Shown here: in pieces, positions 38,929-49,293 of the stretch
Layout: each line of letters begins with the position of its first letter
How positions within the stretch are numbered: position 1 is the first letter of the stretch
NCBI GenBank assembly: GCA_046292385.1
Contig: JBKBRF010000005.1
Coordinates: 135,744-199,743 of the forward strand
Length of the DNA: 64,000 bases
Direction: 5' to 3'
Origin: Armatimonadota bacterium
GTDB taxonomy: Bacteria; Armatimonadota; SYMT01
Translations under genes and position numbers: made by a program
Notes under the pieces: model-generated
What the model saw: only the letters and a program-made list of their open reading frames with translations
Told to the model about the DNA's origin: nothing
Database searches by the model: none

Positions 38929-40229
38929 GCCTCCTCAACCGAGACCAGATCCTCGCCCTGGCGCCGGATCCCGCCTCTGCCAAGGCGGGACAGGGTCTCG
39001 CGTCACCTCGGAAGTGGAGCGGCCTCGGACGGAGCGACCGGGCGCTCTGGGGCGAGTGCCAGGGCAGCGGCGCCAACCCCTACCAGGCTCGCGTCGATCT
39101 CTCGGGCCCCGCCTACCGCTGCACCTGCCCCAGCCGCAAGTTCCCCTGCAAGCACGCCCTGGGGCTGCTCCTGCTCTCCGCGGCCAGCCCGGACCTCTTT
39201 CCGGCGGGCGAGCCGCCGTCCTGGGTTGCGGAGTGGCTCGCCGGCAGGGACCGCCGCGCCGCGCCCCCGGAGCCGAAGGCGGCGCCTGCCGATCCGGAAG
39301 CCCAGGTCCGCCGCGCGCAGGAACGCTCTCAGCGGGTGGCCGCCGGCCTGGCGGAGCTGGAGCTGTGGCTGCGCGACGTGGTCCGCGGCGGCATCGCCTC
39401 GCTCCAGGGCCGCCCCTACTCGTTCTGGGACACGCCGGCCTCCCGCATGGTCGACTGCCAGGCGCCGGCGATCGCGCGTCAGCTCCGCGGTATGGCGGGC
39501 CTCGCCGCTTCCGGACCGGACTGGCCGGACCGGCTCCTGCAGCGCCTGGGCCGCCTCTACCTGCTGGCGGAGGGCTTCAAGCATCTCGAGTCGCTGCCGC
39601 CGGAGGTCCAGGCCGACCTCCGGACCGCGGTCGGCTGGAGCCAGCGGTCGGAGGAGCTGACTTCCGAGCCGGGGGTGCGAGACCGCTGGCAGGTACTGGG
39701 CCAGCGGGTGGAAGACGAGGAGACGCTGCGTACCCAGCGGACCTGGCTCCGCGGCAGCGGGACCGGGCGGAGCGCGCTGCTGCTGCAGTTCGCCTTCGGC
39801 GACCAGCCGTTCGACGCGGCGCCGATCCCCGGGACGGAGATCGACGCGGAGCTCGCGTTCTGGCCCAGCGCCTACCCGCTGCGCGCCGCGGTGCGGCAGT
39901 CCCACGTCGAGCCGAAGCCGCTCGCGATGCCGGACGGCCACGCGGATGCGGAGGGGGCGCTGCGCGCCTACGCGGAGGCTCTGGCGGCGAACCCCTGGCT
40001 GGAGCAGTTCCCGATGCTCTTCGCCGCCGTGGCGCCGGCGCGGATCCGCGGCGAGTGGGCCCTGCTCGATCCGGACGGCCGCACGATTCCGCTTTCCCCC
40101 CGCTTCACCCGGGTCTGGACGCTGGCGGCGGCGAGCGGCGGGAGCCCGGTGCGACTCTTCGGAGAGTGGGACGGCGACTCGCTGCTGCCGCTCTCGGCGG
40201 TCGGCGCCGACGGGTGGACACCGCTATGA
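38925..40229 (+). CDS. SWIM zinc-finger protein
   Basis: LAPDPASAKAG, LWGECQGSG..PY, CTCPSRKFPCKHALGL. Confidence 0.9.
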   Translation: MSLLNRDQILALAPDPASAKAGQGLASPRKWSGLGRSDRALWGECQGSGANPYQARVDLSGPAYRCTCPSRKFPCKHALGLLLLSAASPDLFPAGEPPSWVAEWLAGRDRRAAPPEPKAAPADPEAQVRRAQERSQRVAAGLAELELWLRDVVRGGIASLQGRPYSFWDTPASRMVDCQAPAIARQLRGMAGLAASGPDWPDRLLQRLGRLYLLAEGFKHLESLPPEVQADLRTAVGWSQRSEELTSEPGVRDRWQVLGQRVEDEETLRTQRTWLRGSGTGRSALLLQFAFGDQPFDAAPIPGTEIDAELAFWPSAYPLRAAVRQSHVEPKPLAMPDGHADAEGALRAYAEALAANPWLEQFPMLFAAVAPARIRGEWALLDPDGRTIPLSPRFTRVWTLAAASGGSPVRLFGEWDGDSLLPLSAVGADGWTPL

Positions 40230-41743
40230 GCGAGCCGTGGACAGAGCTGCGGGCGGCGGCGCTGGTCGGCACCGCCCGCCGGGCACCCTCCCCGCCTGAG
40301 GGCGGCGCAGTGGGCGAGCTGCTCGCCGGGCTGCCGCGTGACGACCGGGAGCGGCTGCTCCTCGCCGCCGCGGGCACGCTGGCGCTCCGCAGTCGCGCGG
40401 GCCGGGCGCTGCCGACGGAGCCCGACGCGGCCCCGGAGCCGGCGCAGACGGACGACCGTCCCCCCTGCTCCGCCGCCGCGGAGAGCTACCTCGCGGTGAT
40501 GCTCGGCGGACGGCACGCCGAGGCGCTGCCGGAGTGGTTGGAGGAGGCGGGACGGCTGGGACGGCGCGTGCGGCACCGCTGGTTGCCCGAGTTGCTGGAG
40601 CTGGGCCGCGCCCGCCCGGAGCTGCAGCCGGTCCTGATCCCGCTGCTCGGGCCGCGGGGCGCGTGGCTGGCGCGGCGGAACCGGGAGTGGGCCTACGCCT
40701 GCCGGACGGCGGAAGACGACGCCGAGCATTGGGCCACCGGCGAGCGCTCGCAGCGACGCGACGCGCTGCACCGCCTTCGCGCTCGGGATCCGGAGCCGGC
40801 GCGGACGCTGCTTGAAGAGGTCTGGAGCTCCGAGGGCGCGGCGGAGCGGGCGGTGTTCCTGGGAACGCTGCGGGAGCGATTGGGCCCGGCGGACGAGCCG
40901 TTCCTGGAGGCGGCCCTGGAGGACCGCAGCAAGGAAGTCCGGCTGGCTGCCGCCGACCTCCTGGCCCGGCTGCCCGGATCGGCGTTGACCCGGCGGATGG
41001 AAGCGCGCGCGCTGCCGCTCCTCTCCCTGCGGCCCGGCACCCTCGGTCCGAAACTGGAAGCGTCGCCGCCGGCCGCACTCACCATCGACCTGGAGCGCGA
41101 CGGGGTCCGCGCGAAGGCGCCGAGCGGCAGCGCGCTCGGCGCGCGCGCAGGGTGGCTGCGGGACATCGTTGCCGCCACGCCGCTCGAAGCATGGGAGCGC
41201 CACCTCCGGCTGCCGCCCGACGAGTTGATCCGCCTTGCCGCGGGGAGCGACTGGGTGACGGCACTGCTCGACGGATGGGCCGAGGCCGCAGCCCGGCAGC
41301 GCGACCGCCGCTGGGCGGAGACCCTGCTGACGGCGCGGCGCACTCCGGACGGCACCACCGAGGAGCTGCTGCGCGTTCTGGAGGCGCCCGTGCGGGAGCG
41401 GATCGCCGCGCGGTACCTGCGGGACGCGAGCGACGAGCTGGCCGGCCGCGCCGCGCTGGCAGCGCTCGACGAGTGTCCCGGTCCCTGGGGAGCGGAGCTG
41501 ACCCGCGAGCTGCTCCGCCTGCTGCGCGAGCGAGTCTCCCGCGGCCGGCGCGGCGGCAGCGACTACGACCTGCGCCGCCGGATGCCGGGATTCGGCGCGC
41601 GGATGCCGGTCGAGCTGCTGGAAGAGGTGGAGGCCGGCTGGCCGGAGAACGCCCAGGATTGGCCGATGTGGTCCGGCCACGTAGACGAGCTGCTGGCGCT
41701 GCTGCGGTTCCGGCGCGACATGCTCCAGGAGATGCATCGATGA
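40226..41743 (+). CDS. DUF5691-like protein
   Basis: ALVGTARR, LGPRGAWLARRNREW, ALEDRSKEVR, LRFRRDML; ATGA-coupled within the SWIM operon. Confidence 0.8.
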   Translation: MSEPWTELRAAALVGTARRAPSPPEGGAVGELLAGLPRDDRERLLLAAAGTLALRSRAGRALPTEPDAAPEPAQTDDRPPCSAAAESYLAVMLGGRHAEALPEWLEEAGRLGRRVRHRWLPELLELGRARPELQPVLIPLLGPRGAWLARRNREWAYACRTAEDDAEHWATGERSQRRDALHRLRARDPEPARTLLEEVWSSEGAAERAVFLGTLRERLGPADEPFLEAALEDRSKEVRLAAADLLARLPGSALTRRMEARALPLLSLRPGTLGPKLEASPPAALTIDLERDGVRAKAPSGSALGARAGWLRDIVAATPLEAWERHLRLPPDELIRLAAGSDWVTALLDGWAEAAARQRDRRWAETLLTARRTPDGTTEELLRVLEAPVRERIAARYLRDASDELAGRAALAALDECPGPWGAELTRELLRLLRERVSRGRRGGSDYDLRRRMPGFGARMPVELLEEVEAGWPENAQDWPMWSGHVDELLALLRFRRDMLQEMHR

Positions 41744-42831
41744 CCGACGCGACGACCCACCTGCTGCGGCAGCATGCCGAGCAGCAATTTGCCCACGAGC
41801 TGGACGAGCTTTCGCGCGCCGACGAGCGGGAGCGCCCCCCGAGCTGGCGACTCTCCCCCTGGGCGGTCTCGATCTACCTCCTCGGCGGCACGCTCCCCAA
41901 CGGCTTTGAGGTCTCGCCGAAGTACATCGGCAGCCGCCGGTTGATGGAGATCGCCATCGCCACGCTCGCGACCGACCGCGCCCTCCTGCTGCTGGGGGTA
42001 CCCGGAACGGCGAAGAGCTGGGTCTCCGAGCACCTCGCCGCGGCAATCTCCGGCGACTCGACGCTGCTGGTCCAGGGCACCGCCGGCACCGGTGAAGAGG
42101 CGATCCGCTACGGCTGGAACTACGCGCGGCTGCTGGCAGAGGGCCCCTCCCCCGCCGCCCTCGTCTCCAGCCCGGTGATGCAGGCGATGCGGGACGGCAA
42201 GATCGCCCGCGTGGAGGAGCTGACCCGCATCCCGGCCGACGTGCAGGACACCCTGATCACGATCCTTTCCGAGAAGACCCTGCCGATTCCGGAGCTCGCC
42301 TCCGAGGTGCAGGCGGTAAAGGGCTTCAACGTCATCGCCACGGCCAACCACCGCGACCGCGGCGTGAACGAGCTCTCCAGCGCGCTCAAGCGGCGCTTCA
42401 ATACCGTCGTGCTGCCGGTGCCCGAGTCCGCCGACGACGAAGTGGAGATCGTCCGCCGCCGGGTCGACGACCTCGGCCGGGCGCTCCAGCTTCCGGCGGA
42501 GCCGCCCGCCCTGGAGGAGATCCGGCGGGTCGTGACGATCTTCCGGGAGCTGCGGGAAGGCGTTACCAGCGACGGCAAGACCCGTCTGAAGGTCCCGAGC
42601 GGCTCGCTGAGCACCGCGGAGGTGATCTCCGTCGTAACCAGCGGCCTCGCCATGGCCGGGCACTTCGGAGACGGCCGCCTGAACGCGCCGGACCTGGCCG
42701 CGGGGGTGGTCGGCGCGGTGGTGCGGGACCCGGTCCAGGACCGCCTGGTCTGGCAGGAGTACCTGGAGACCGTCATGAAAGAGCGCGACGGCTGGAAGGA
42801 CCTCTACCGGGCGTTCCGGGAGATCAGCTAA
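41740..42831 (+). CDS. MoxR-type AAA+ ATPase (YehL-like)
   Basis: GVPGTAKS Walker A, YGWNYA, VEELTR, ATAN, SSALKRRF. Confidence 0.92.
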   Translation: MTDATTHLLRQHAEQQFAHELDELSRADERERPPSWRLSPWAVSIYLLGGTLPNGFEVSPKYIGSRRLMEIAIATLATDRALLLLGVPGTAKSWVSEHLAAAISGDSTLLVQGTAGTGEEAIRYGWNYARLLAEGPSPAALVSSPVMQAMRDGKIARVEELTRIPADVQDTLITILSEKTLPIPELASEVQAVKGFNVIATANHRDRGVNELSSALKRRFNTVVLPVPESADDEVEIVRRRVDDLGRALQLPAEPPALEEIRRVVTIFRELREGVTSDGKTRLKVPSGSLSTAEVISVVTSGLAMAGHFGDGRLNAPDLAAGVVGAVVRDPVQDRLVWQEYLETVMKERDGWKDLYRAFREIS

Positions 42832-42908
42832 GCGAAGGGGTAGGAAGTAACGCCAGCCTTTTCGACCGGCAGGTCTGAGCCCCGTAAGCTTTCGGGACTT
42901 CACTCCGT

Positions 42909-42933
42909 GTAGCCTCGACTTTAGTCCGAGGCG
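42909..42933 (+). repeat. GTAG-type REP element
   Basis: GTAGCCTCGACTTTAGTCCGAGGCG, identical core to the reverse copy at 36335-36359. Confidence 0.75.
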
Positions 42934-42985
42934 AAAGCGGCCAATCACCGCAGCGTACCCGTTAGCAGCCCGCCGGCCCGCCGTG

Positions 42986-43023
42986 AAACGGAAGGGGCGA
43001 GACCTTTCGGCCTCGCCCCTTCC
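42986..43023 (-). terminator. Intrinsic terminator-like hairpin after the secretin gene
   Basis: GGAAGGGGCGAGGCC-GAAA-GGTCTCGCCCCTTCC-GTTT on the minus strand. Confidence 0.65.
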
Positions 43024-43048
43024 TCGTGTTCTTCAGTTGTCGTGCAGC

Positions 43049-44929
43049 TTACGGGGCGGTCGGGGTGCCCGGAGGAACCGGAGCGCCCTCGCCCGGCTCC
43101 AGGAGACTGACGGTCAGGAAGATCGTCACTTCCGACTTCCGCTTCGAGTTGTTCCGGTGCTTGAACAGCTCGCCGAGCACCGGAATGTTGGACAGGAACG
43201 GCACGCGGGTCATCACCTGGATGTCTTCCTCTCGGAGGAGGCCGCCGATGGCGATCGTCTGGCCGTCTTCCAGCATCAGCACGCTCTCCGCTTCGCGGGT
43301 AGCGGTGATCGGGATATCCCGGTTCCGGCCGCTGAAGCCGGTCACCATGCTCACCATCGGGTGGACCCGCAGGGTGATGCGGCCGTCCGTGTTGACGCGC
43401 GGCCGGGTGAGCAGCGCGACCCCGACCGGGACCGTCTCGATGGTGAAGGTCTGGCCGATCTCGGTCACGCTCACCAGCCGCTCGTAGCGGAGGATGTCAC
43501 CGATGAAGATGCTGGCATCCTCGCCATCCACGACCGAGATCGCGGGACGGGCCAGCACGCGGGCGACCCGCTCCTGCTCGAACGCCTGCAGCGTGGCGTC
43601 GAGCCCCTCGCGGCGGAACGATCCGACCCGGAACGGCGAGATGCCGCCGCCCGCCAGCTCGCCGATGCGGATACCCGAGGGCGAGGCGAAGTTGTAGGTG
43701 ATGCCGAGCTGCTTGATCCGCTCCGGAGAGATGTCGACCACCCGCGCCTCGATCAGCACCTGCGCCGGGGCGACGTCGAGCTCTCCGATGACCTGCGTTG
43801 CCTGCTCCACCTGGTCGCGCTCGCCGGCAATGATCACCACGCGAGAGCGGTTGCCCGGGGCGTTCAGGTTCACGGTGCCGCCACCGGCGCCGCCCGCACC
43901 CCCGCCGCCGCCCGCACCGCCTCCGCCGCCGGCGCCGCCGGCTCCCCCGGCTCCCCCGCCACCGGTGTTACCCTGAAGGCCGGCCTCGTTGAAGGCGCGC
44001 TGGGTGTCCACGCCCACCGGCCGGAAGGTGGCCGGGGTCGGCGAGTAGGACTCGAAGCCCGCGGTCACCACCAGGTCGGGAAAGACCTGCTTGAGCGTGG
44101 CGCTCGCCTGGTGCGGGTGGACGTACTTCAGCGTGTAGGCGCGCACCGTGCGTTCCGGCGCCTCCTCCACGTCGAGCGCGGTCACCAGCTTGGCGGCGAG
44201 CGCGTGTTGGTCCTGCGTGCCTTCGATGACGAGATTGCGGTCGACGGAGACGACCTTCAACTCCGGGAACGCCTTGCGGACCGCATCCGCTACTGTGTCC
44301 GACTCGGCGAACTTCAGGACATAGGTGTCCTTCATCTTCACCGGCGCAGGCGGCGGTGCGACCGGCATCGGGGGGGGCGCCATGTCGAGCCCGCCGACGA
44401 GCTGTACCGCCGCGTCCACGTCCTCCGCGCGCCCGGAGAGCGCCAGCACCTTCCCGGCAGCTTCCGCGGTCACGTAGGGCAGCGCGTTCTGGATCAGGGT
44501 CTTCGCCTGGTCCGCGGGCAGGTGGTTCAGCGTCAGCGTCCGCCGCGTGCCGCTGCGCGCCACCAGGCCTCGCAGCTCCTCGGTCGAGCCGATGAAGTAG
44601 GTGTTCTCCACCTTGATCACGTCGCTGCCGACGGCGACGGCCACCTTCTTGAGCGCGTCCTCCACGGTGGCATCCATGAGCCGGATGGTGACCATGCCCT
44701 TGACGCTGGGCATCAGCACCACGTCGACGCCGCTCTGGATCGAGAGCGCCTTGGTGACGACGTTCACATCACCCTGGGTGAACTCCAGACGGACCCGGCG
44801 CTCCGCTTTGGCGGCGGCTTGCTGCCCGGCGTAGCTGACGGCAGGCATGCCCACCCCCAGGACTACGGTACCGGCCAGGACCAACGCCGCCATTCCGCGC
44901 GGGGCTCTTCCCAACGCTGACGGGTTCAT
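43049..44929 (-). CDS. Outer-membrane secretin (GspD/PilQ family)
   Basis: N domains, LDVAPAQVLIEARVV, VLARPAI, DGQTIAIGGL, VPFLSNIPVLGELFK; Gly/Ala low-complexity loop. Confidence 0.93.
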   Translation of the reverse strand: MNPSALGRAPRGMAALVLAGTVVLGVGMPAVSYAGQQAAAKAERRVRLEFTQGDVNVVTKALSIQSGVDVVLMPSVKGMVTIRLMDATVEDALKKVAVAVGSDVIKVENTYFIGSTEELRGLVARSGTRRTLTLNHLPADQAKTLIQNALPYVTAEAAGKVLALSGRAEDVDAAVQLVGGLDMAPPPMPVAPPPAPVKMKDTYVLKFAESDTVADAVRKAFPELKVVSVDRNLVIEGTQDQHALAAKLVTALDVEEAPERTVRAYTLKYVHPHQASATLKQVFPDLVVTAGFESYSPTPATFRPVGVDTQRAFNEAGLQGNTGGGGAGGAGGAGGGGGAGGGGGAGGAGGGTVNLNAPGNRSRVVIIAGERDQVEQATQVIGELDVAPAQVLIEARVVDISPERIKQLGITYNFASPSGIRIGELAGGGISPFRVGSFRREGLDATLQAFEQERVARVLARPAISVVDGEDASIFIGDILRYERLVSVTEIGQTFTIETVPVGVALLTRPRVNTDGRITLRVHPMVSMVTGFSGRNRDIPITATREAESVLMLEDGQTIAIGGLLREEDIQVMTRVPFLSNIPVLGELFKHRNNSKRKSEVTIFLTVSLLEPGEGAPVPPGTPTAP

Positions 44930-45639
44930 TGACTGTTGCCTCCTCTTAGCGGGATTTCGACCCGCTGTTCACTTCCTGCCTTGCCGGAAAGTCGCAGCGT
45001 CACGGAGCGCTCCCGGATCTCATCCAAACGCCAGGTATCGGCGATCAGGTCGCCGGCCTTCAGGAACATCGTCTGCTCGTTCCACCGCAGCACCGCCAGC
45101 GCGGGATCGCCCTGGATGATGCCGGTGAGGGTGAGGCCTTCCGGCAGCGCCGGCAGCCGCTTGGACGCCGGCGGACTCGCCGGCCCCTCCGTCGGTGCCG
45201 CTCCCGGCGCGGCGGGAGCGACGGGGCGCGCGGGCTTTGCCTCCGTCACCCGGGCGCTCGCCCGCTCCTGCGGCGTCGCGCCCCCGGCCTCGGACTGCGC
45301 CGCGGGCGCAGAGACACCGCCCTGCGGCAGGAACGGGTTCGGCGGCGGCGTCGCGTCGATCCCCGGCACCGCCGGAGAGTCCGCGCCCGACGGAACTCCG
45401 GCGGAGCGGGTGGAGACCAGCGCCAGCGACAGCTCGGAGTCTTCCCCCGCGTCGGCCAGCGGATCGGCCACCGGCGCGGAGAGCGTCTCTTCCGGCAGCG
45501 GCGGGGTGAGCGCCTGGTTCAGCGCCCAGCCGCCCGCGCCGCCGACCAGCAGCACGGCGCCGACCCAGATCCCCAGCGGCGCGCGGCGCGGCCCGGCCGG
45601 CGGCGTCGCGGGCGCCCCCTTCGGCAGCAGCAAGCTCAT
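44926..45639 (-). CDS. PilP/GspC-like accessory protein
   Basis: TM anchor, PPNPF, C-terminal LTGIIQG..AVL..LKAGD; directly upstream of secretin. Confidence 0.65.
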   Translation of the reverse strand: MSLLLPKGAPATPPAGPRRAPLGIWVGAVLLVGGAGGWALNQALTPPLPEETLSAPVADPLADAGEDSELSLALVSTRSAGVPSGADSPAVPGIDATPPPNPFLPQGGVSAPAAQSEAGGATPQERASARVTEAKPARPVAPAAPGAAPTEGPASPPASKRLPALPEGLTLTGIIQGDPALAVLRWNEQTMFLKAGDLIADTWRLDEIRERSVTLRLSGKAGSEQRVEIPLRGGNSQ

Positions 45640-46370
45640 CGCACCTCCTCCGGATCCGGCTGCGCGGCGACCGCGTTCATCGGCGTGGAGATCGGGGGAC
45701 GCTCCGGAGTGACCGGAGCGGACTCGACCGCCGGCTCCGTGTCGGAGCCCGGCTCCCGCACTGCGAAGACGGTGGCGACGAGAGAAACGCGGACGAGCGG
45801 CTCCTGCTTGTCGCGGCCGACAGCGGTGACCTCCCACTTATCCGGCACGAAGAGCCGCTGCTGCCCACAGAGCGTCGCCACGGTACGGTACAGGCTGTCG
45901 AAGCTCCCGGCGAGCACCACGTTCACGGAGCGCGGCCGGATCTCGCCTTCGTCCCCCTCTGCCGCGCCCGCCGCCACCGGGACCGCCAGGGCGCGCCAGC
46001 GCGACGACGCGCGGGAGAGCAGCCGGGTCTTCAACACCTTCGCCCCGTGCCGGCGGGCGGCGCTCTGCACCACCCGGTCGTAGCGGGTGAGCTCGTCCTC
46101 GGTGAAGACCTTCCGCCCGGTCCGCTGCCACTCGGAGAGCCGGGAGTTCATGGCGCGCACGGTGGCGAGCCGGTCCGACAGCTCCTGCTCCCGCTCCCGC
46201 AGGATCGAGAGCGAGAGGCGGGATCCGTCTACCGCCACCCACTGCGGCCAGATCAGCACCGCGCCCGAGATGGCGGAGAATGCTGCCAACAGGGAAACGT
46301 GCAGGGCCGCCCGCTGCCACGGGAGGCGCCGGGGGCGTCGCTGCGGAAGTGCGTGGACCGTCTCTTCCAT
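45636..46370 (-). CDS. PilO/GspM-like protein
   Basis: TM, coiled coil, VVLAGSFDSLYRTVATL. Confidence 0.6.
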   Translation of the reverse strand: MEETVHALPQRRPRRLPWQRAALHVSLLAAFSAISGAVLIWPQWVAVDGSRLSLSILREREQELSDRLATVRAMNSRLSEWQRTGRKVFTEDELTRYDRVVQSAARRHGAKVLKTRLLSRASSRWRALAVPVAAGAAEGDEGEIRPRSVNVVLAGSFDSLYRTVATLCGQQRLFVPDKWEVTAVGRDKQEPLVRVSLVATVFAVREPGSDTEPAVESAPVTPERPPISTPMNAVAAQPDPEEVR

Positions 46371-46372
46371 GG

Positions 46373-46909
46373 CTACTCCCCCATCCAGCGTCCCGCCAGC
46401 TCCGCCTTCGCGGCGACGCCGTGCACCGGGGCTGCGTATTCAACGTACGGCGACTGGCGCAGCGCCTCGGCATACGCGTCGAGCGCTTCCGGAGAGGAGC
46501 CGGCCACCTCCGCGCGGAAGCGGCCCCCGTTCCCGCTCAGGCGGGTGGTCCAGACCCCCGCGGGCCGGCGGCGGCTGAGCTCTCCGATCGCGGTGCTCCA
46601 CGGCACGCCCGGGCGCGCTTCGATCGCCGCCACGTAGCGGTCGACCGCCCGGCGGAACTGCATGCGCGCCGTGCGGCGGTGCTGGAGGAACTCGAGCGTG
46701 GAGCGCGTGCTGCGGAGGGACGCGTCGGCCTCCGCGCGCTGACGGTCCAGCTCCCGGACCTGGCTGCGCAGGCTCCACGCCCACGGCAGCGAGACGCCGA
46801 CGACCAGCGCCAGGCTGGCTGCCGCGATGGCGGCGTCAGCCGGGCCGAAGCTCCACCGGGCCGGCGCCGGCTCTTCGACGACTTGAGACTCAGGGTTTGC
46901 GGTCTGCAT
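46373..46909 (-). CDS. PilN-like protein
   Basis: TM, coiled coil, WSTAIGELSRRRPAGVWTTRL, YAEALRQSPY. Confidence 0.65.
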   Translation of the reverse strand: MQTANPESQVVEEPAPARWSFGPADAAIAAASLALVVGVSLPWAWSLRSQVRELDRQRAEADASLRSTRSTLEFLQHRRTARMQFRRAVDRYVAAIEARPGVPWSTAIGELSRRRPAGVWTTRLSGNGGRFRAEVAGSSPEALDAYAEALRQSPYVEYAAPVHGVAAKAELAGRWMGE

Positions 46910-47022
46910 TCGGGTTCTCGCCCGGTGGGGAGGGCCGGGCAAACCGAATTCTGGCAAGCACCGGGCTACTCTGGAGGGCAAACTACGCCACCGGGTCAAA
47001 CAGGCAGGCGGTCGGAGGGGAA

Positions 47023-47188
47023 GAGAGAGGGAGTGGGCGCAAGGGAGAGTGGCTCTTAAAGGCTAAAGGCAGAAGGCTAAAGGCAAAAGTGCACCCTCCG
47101 TACGCGGAGACTCCTACTCCTGCTCACGGAGGGCTCGGACTCATCCCTTATCCTTCATCGTTCATCCCTCTCCCTTGCTCTCACTCGG
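47023..47188. repeat. Nested mosaic of short tandem and inverted repeats
   Basis: GGGAGTGGGCGCAAGGGAGAG arm, (AAGGCTA)n, (TTCATCC)n and CTCTCCCTTGCTCTCACTC arm. Confidence 0.7.
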
Positions 47189-47196
47189 TCCCGAAT

Positions 47197-47754
47197 ATGG
47201 AAGAGCTTTCGCCGCTGGAGCCGCTGATCGCGGAGGACCTGGACCTGCTGTTCGTCGGCATCAACCCGAGCCTCAAGTCGGCGCGGGTCGGTCACTACTA
47301 CGCGGGTCCGGGGAACCTGTTCTGGCGGTGCCTGCACGAGAGCGGCCTCACGCCGTACCGCCTGCAGCCCACGGAGGACCGCAAGCTGCTGCAGTGGGGC
47401 ATGGGAATCACGGACTGTGTTCCCCGCCCCTCGCGCAACGCAGCCGAGGTAAAGCGGCACGAGTTCCGCGAGGCGGCGCCGCTCTTGCTGGCCCGGATCG
47501 AGAGCCTGCGGCCGAAGATCATCTGCTTCAACGGGCTCACCGGTTACCGCGGCGCGATCGATCCAGAGGGACGGCTCGGGCTGCAGGAGCGGAGGTTGGG
47601 TGGAGCGCTCGTCTTCGTGGTCCCCTCCACCAGCGCCGCGAACGCCGGCTTTTCCCGCGAAGAGCGGGTGGAGTGGTTCCGGCGGCTGAAGGAGCTGGTC
47701 GACCGCGTCCGAGCCGGCGAAAGCAGCCGTCCGGCGGGCGATATACTAACGTAG
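47197..47754 (+). CDS. mug: G/U mismatch-specific DNA glycosylase
   Basis: LFVGINPS, GHYYAGPGNLFW, GMGITD, VVPSTS. Confidence 0.9.
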   Translation: MEELSPLEPLIAEDLDLLFVGINPSLKSARVGHYYAGPGNLFWRCLHESGLTPYRLQPTEDRKLLQWGMGITDCVPRPSRNAAEVKRHEFREAAPLLLARIESLRPKIICFNGLTGYRGAIDPEGRLGLQERRLGGALVFVVPSTSAANAGFSREERVEWFRRLKELVDRVRAGESSRPAGDILT

Positions 47755-47798
47755 CGCCGGGAGAGACCCGGCCGAAGCTCACGAGGTAGGGAGCGTCG

Positions 47799-48791
47799 AT
47801 GATGGCGCAGGCAGCGGCGGTGGCGAGCCCGGTCGAGCTGATCGAGGCGGAGCTCCAGGAAGTGGAGCGGGTGCTGGAAGAGGCCTCCGCGTCCGAGATC
47901 GAGGTCCTTCAAGAAGCCGCGCGCCACATCCTGAGCGCCGGCGGCAAGCGCGTGCGCCCGCAGCTCACGCTCCTCTCCACCCTCGCCGCCGGCGGGCCGC
48001 TGCAGCGCGCCATCCCCCTGGCCGCCGCTTGCGAGCTGGTGCACACCGCCACGCTGGTCCACGACGACATCGTCGACGACAGCGACAGCCGCCGCGGGCG
48101 GATGGCCGTGCAGTTCTACTTCGGCAACTCCGCCTCCGTGCTGATGGGCGATTACCTGGTGATCCGCTCCTTCTCGCTGGTGGGCGACGACCCGGACCGG
48201 CGAGTCTGGCGGCTCATGGTCGACACTATCGCCCGCATGTGCGAGGGCGAGGTGCTGCAGATCTGCGTGAAGGGGGACACCGAGGCGACCGCCGAGACCT
48301 ACGAGACGGTGATCGAGTGCAAGACCGCGGTCCTGATCTCCGCCTGCGCCCGCTGCGGCGCGCTGATCTCCGACGCCGGCCCGGAGCTGGTGGAGGCGCT
48401 CTCCGACTTCGGCTACCACGTCGGCATGGCGTTCCAGATCCAGGACGACATCCTCGACTTCACCGGCAGCCTGGAGGTGCTCGGAAAGCCGGTCGGCGGC
48501 GACCTGCGCGAGGGAAAGGTCACGCTGCCGGTCATTTACGCGCTACAGACCGCCCTGCCGGCCGATAAAGATGAACTGGTCCGGATCTATGGAAAGTCGG
48601 GACCGCTCAGCGCGGAAGAGATCCGCCGCGCCACCGAGCTGATTGCCGACGCGGGCGGTTTCGAGCGAGCGCGCCAGCATGCCCGGAAGTATATCCGCCG
48701 CGCGCACGAGGAGCTGCGCCGCGTGCCGCCCGGCCCGGCGCGTGACGCGCTGGAAGCGCTCGCGGAGCAAATCGTCGATCGCCGCTTCTAG
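47799..48791 (+). CDS. Polyprenyl diphosphate synthase
   Basis: GGKRVRP, LVHDDIVD, RRG, KTA, FQIQDDILD, GKVTLP. Confidence 0.95.
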   Translation: MMAQAAAVASPVELIEAELQEVERVLEEASASEIEVLQEAARHILSAGGKRVRPQLTLLSTLAAGGPLQRAIPLAAACELVHTATLVHDDIVDDSDSRRGRMAVQFYFGNSASVLMGDYLVIRSFSLVGDDPDRRVWRLMVDTIARMCEGEVLQICVKGDTEATAETYETVIECKTAVLISACARCGALISDAGPELVEALSDFGYHVGMAFQIQDDILDFTGSLEVLGKPVGGDLREGKVTLPVIYALQTALPADKDELVRIYGKSGPLSAEEIRRATELIADAGGFERARQHARKYIRRAHEELRRVPPGPARDALEALAEQIVDRRF

Positions 48792-48794
48792 CCG

Positions 48795-49292
48795 ATGTCC
48801 AACCCCCTCAGCCACGTCGACGACCAGGGCCAGGCCCGCATGGTGGACGTCTCCGCCAAGCCGGAGACGCGCCGGGTCGCCGTGGCGGAGGGCCGCGTGC
48901 GGATGCAGCCGGAGACCGCCGAGCTGATCCGGCAAAACCGGATCGCGAAGGGAGACGTGCTGACGGTGGCGAAGGTGGCCGGGGTGATGGCGAGCAAGCA
49001 GACGTCCGCCCTGATACCGATGTGCCATCCGCTGCCGCTCTCCGATCTCCAGCTGGAGCTGGAGCTGGAAGCAGACCGGGTGGAGATCCGCGCCACCGCC
49101 GTGACCGTCGGCCGCACCGGCGTGGAGATGGAGGCGCTCACCGCCGTCTCGGTGGCGGCGCTGACCCTCTACGACATGTGCAAGGCGGTGGACCGCGGCA
49201 TGGTGCTGGACGGAATCCGCCTCGTCAGCAAGACGGGCGGCAAGAGCGACTGGAGCGCGGAGAGCGCCGAGACCTCTGGGGAGAACTCCTAG
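48795..49292 (+). CDS. moaC: Cyclic pyranopterin monophosphate synthase
   Basis: [43 protein letters not shown]. Confidence 0.97.
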   Translation: MSNPLSHVDDQGQARMVDVSAKPETRRVAVAEGRVRMQPETAELIRQNRIAKGDVLTVAKVAGVMASKQTSALIPMCHPLPLSDLQLELELEADRVEIRATAVTVGRTGVEMEALTAVSVAALTLYDMCKAVDRGMVLDGIRLVSKTGGKSDWSAESAETSGENS

Positions 49293-49293
49293 C

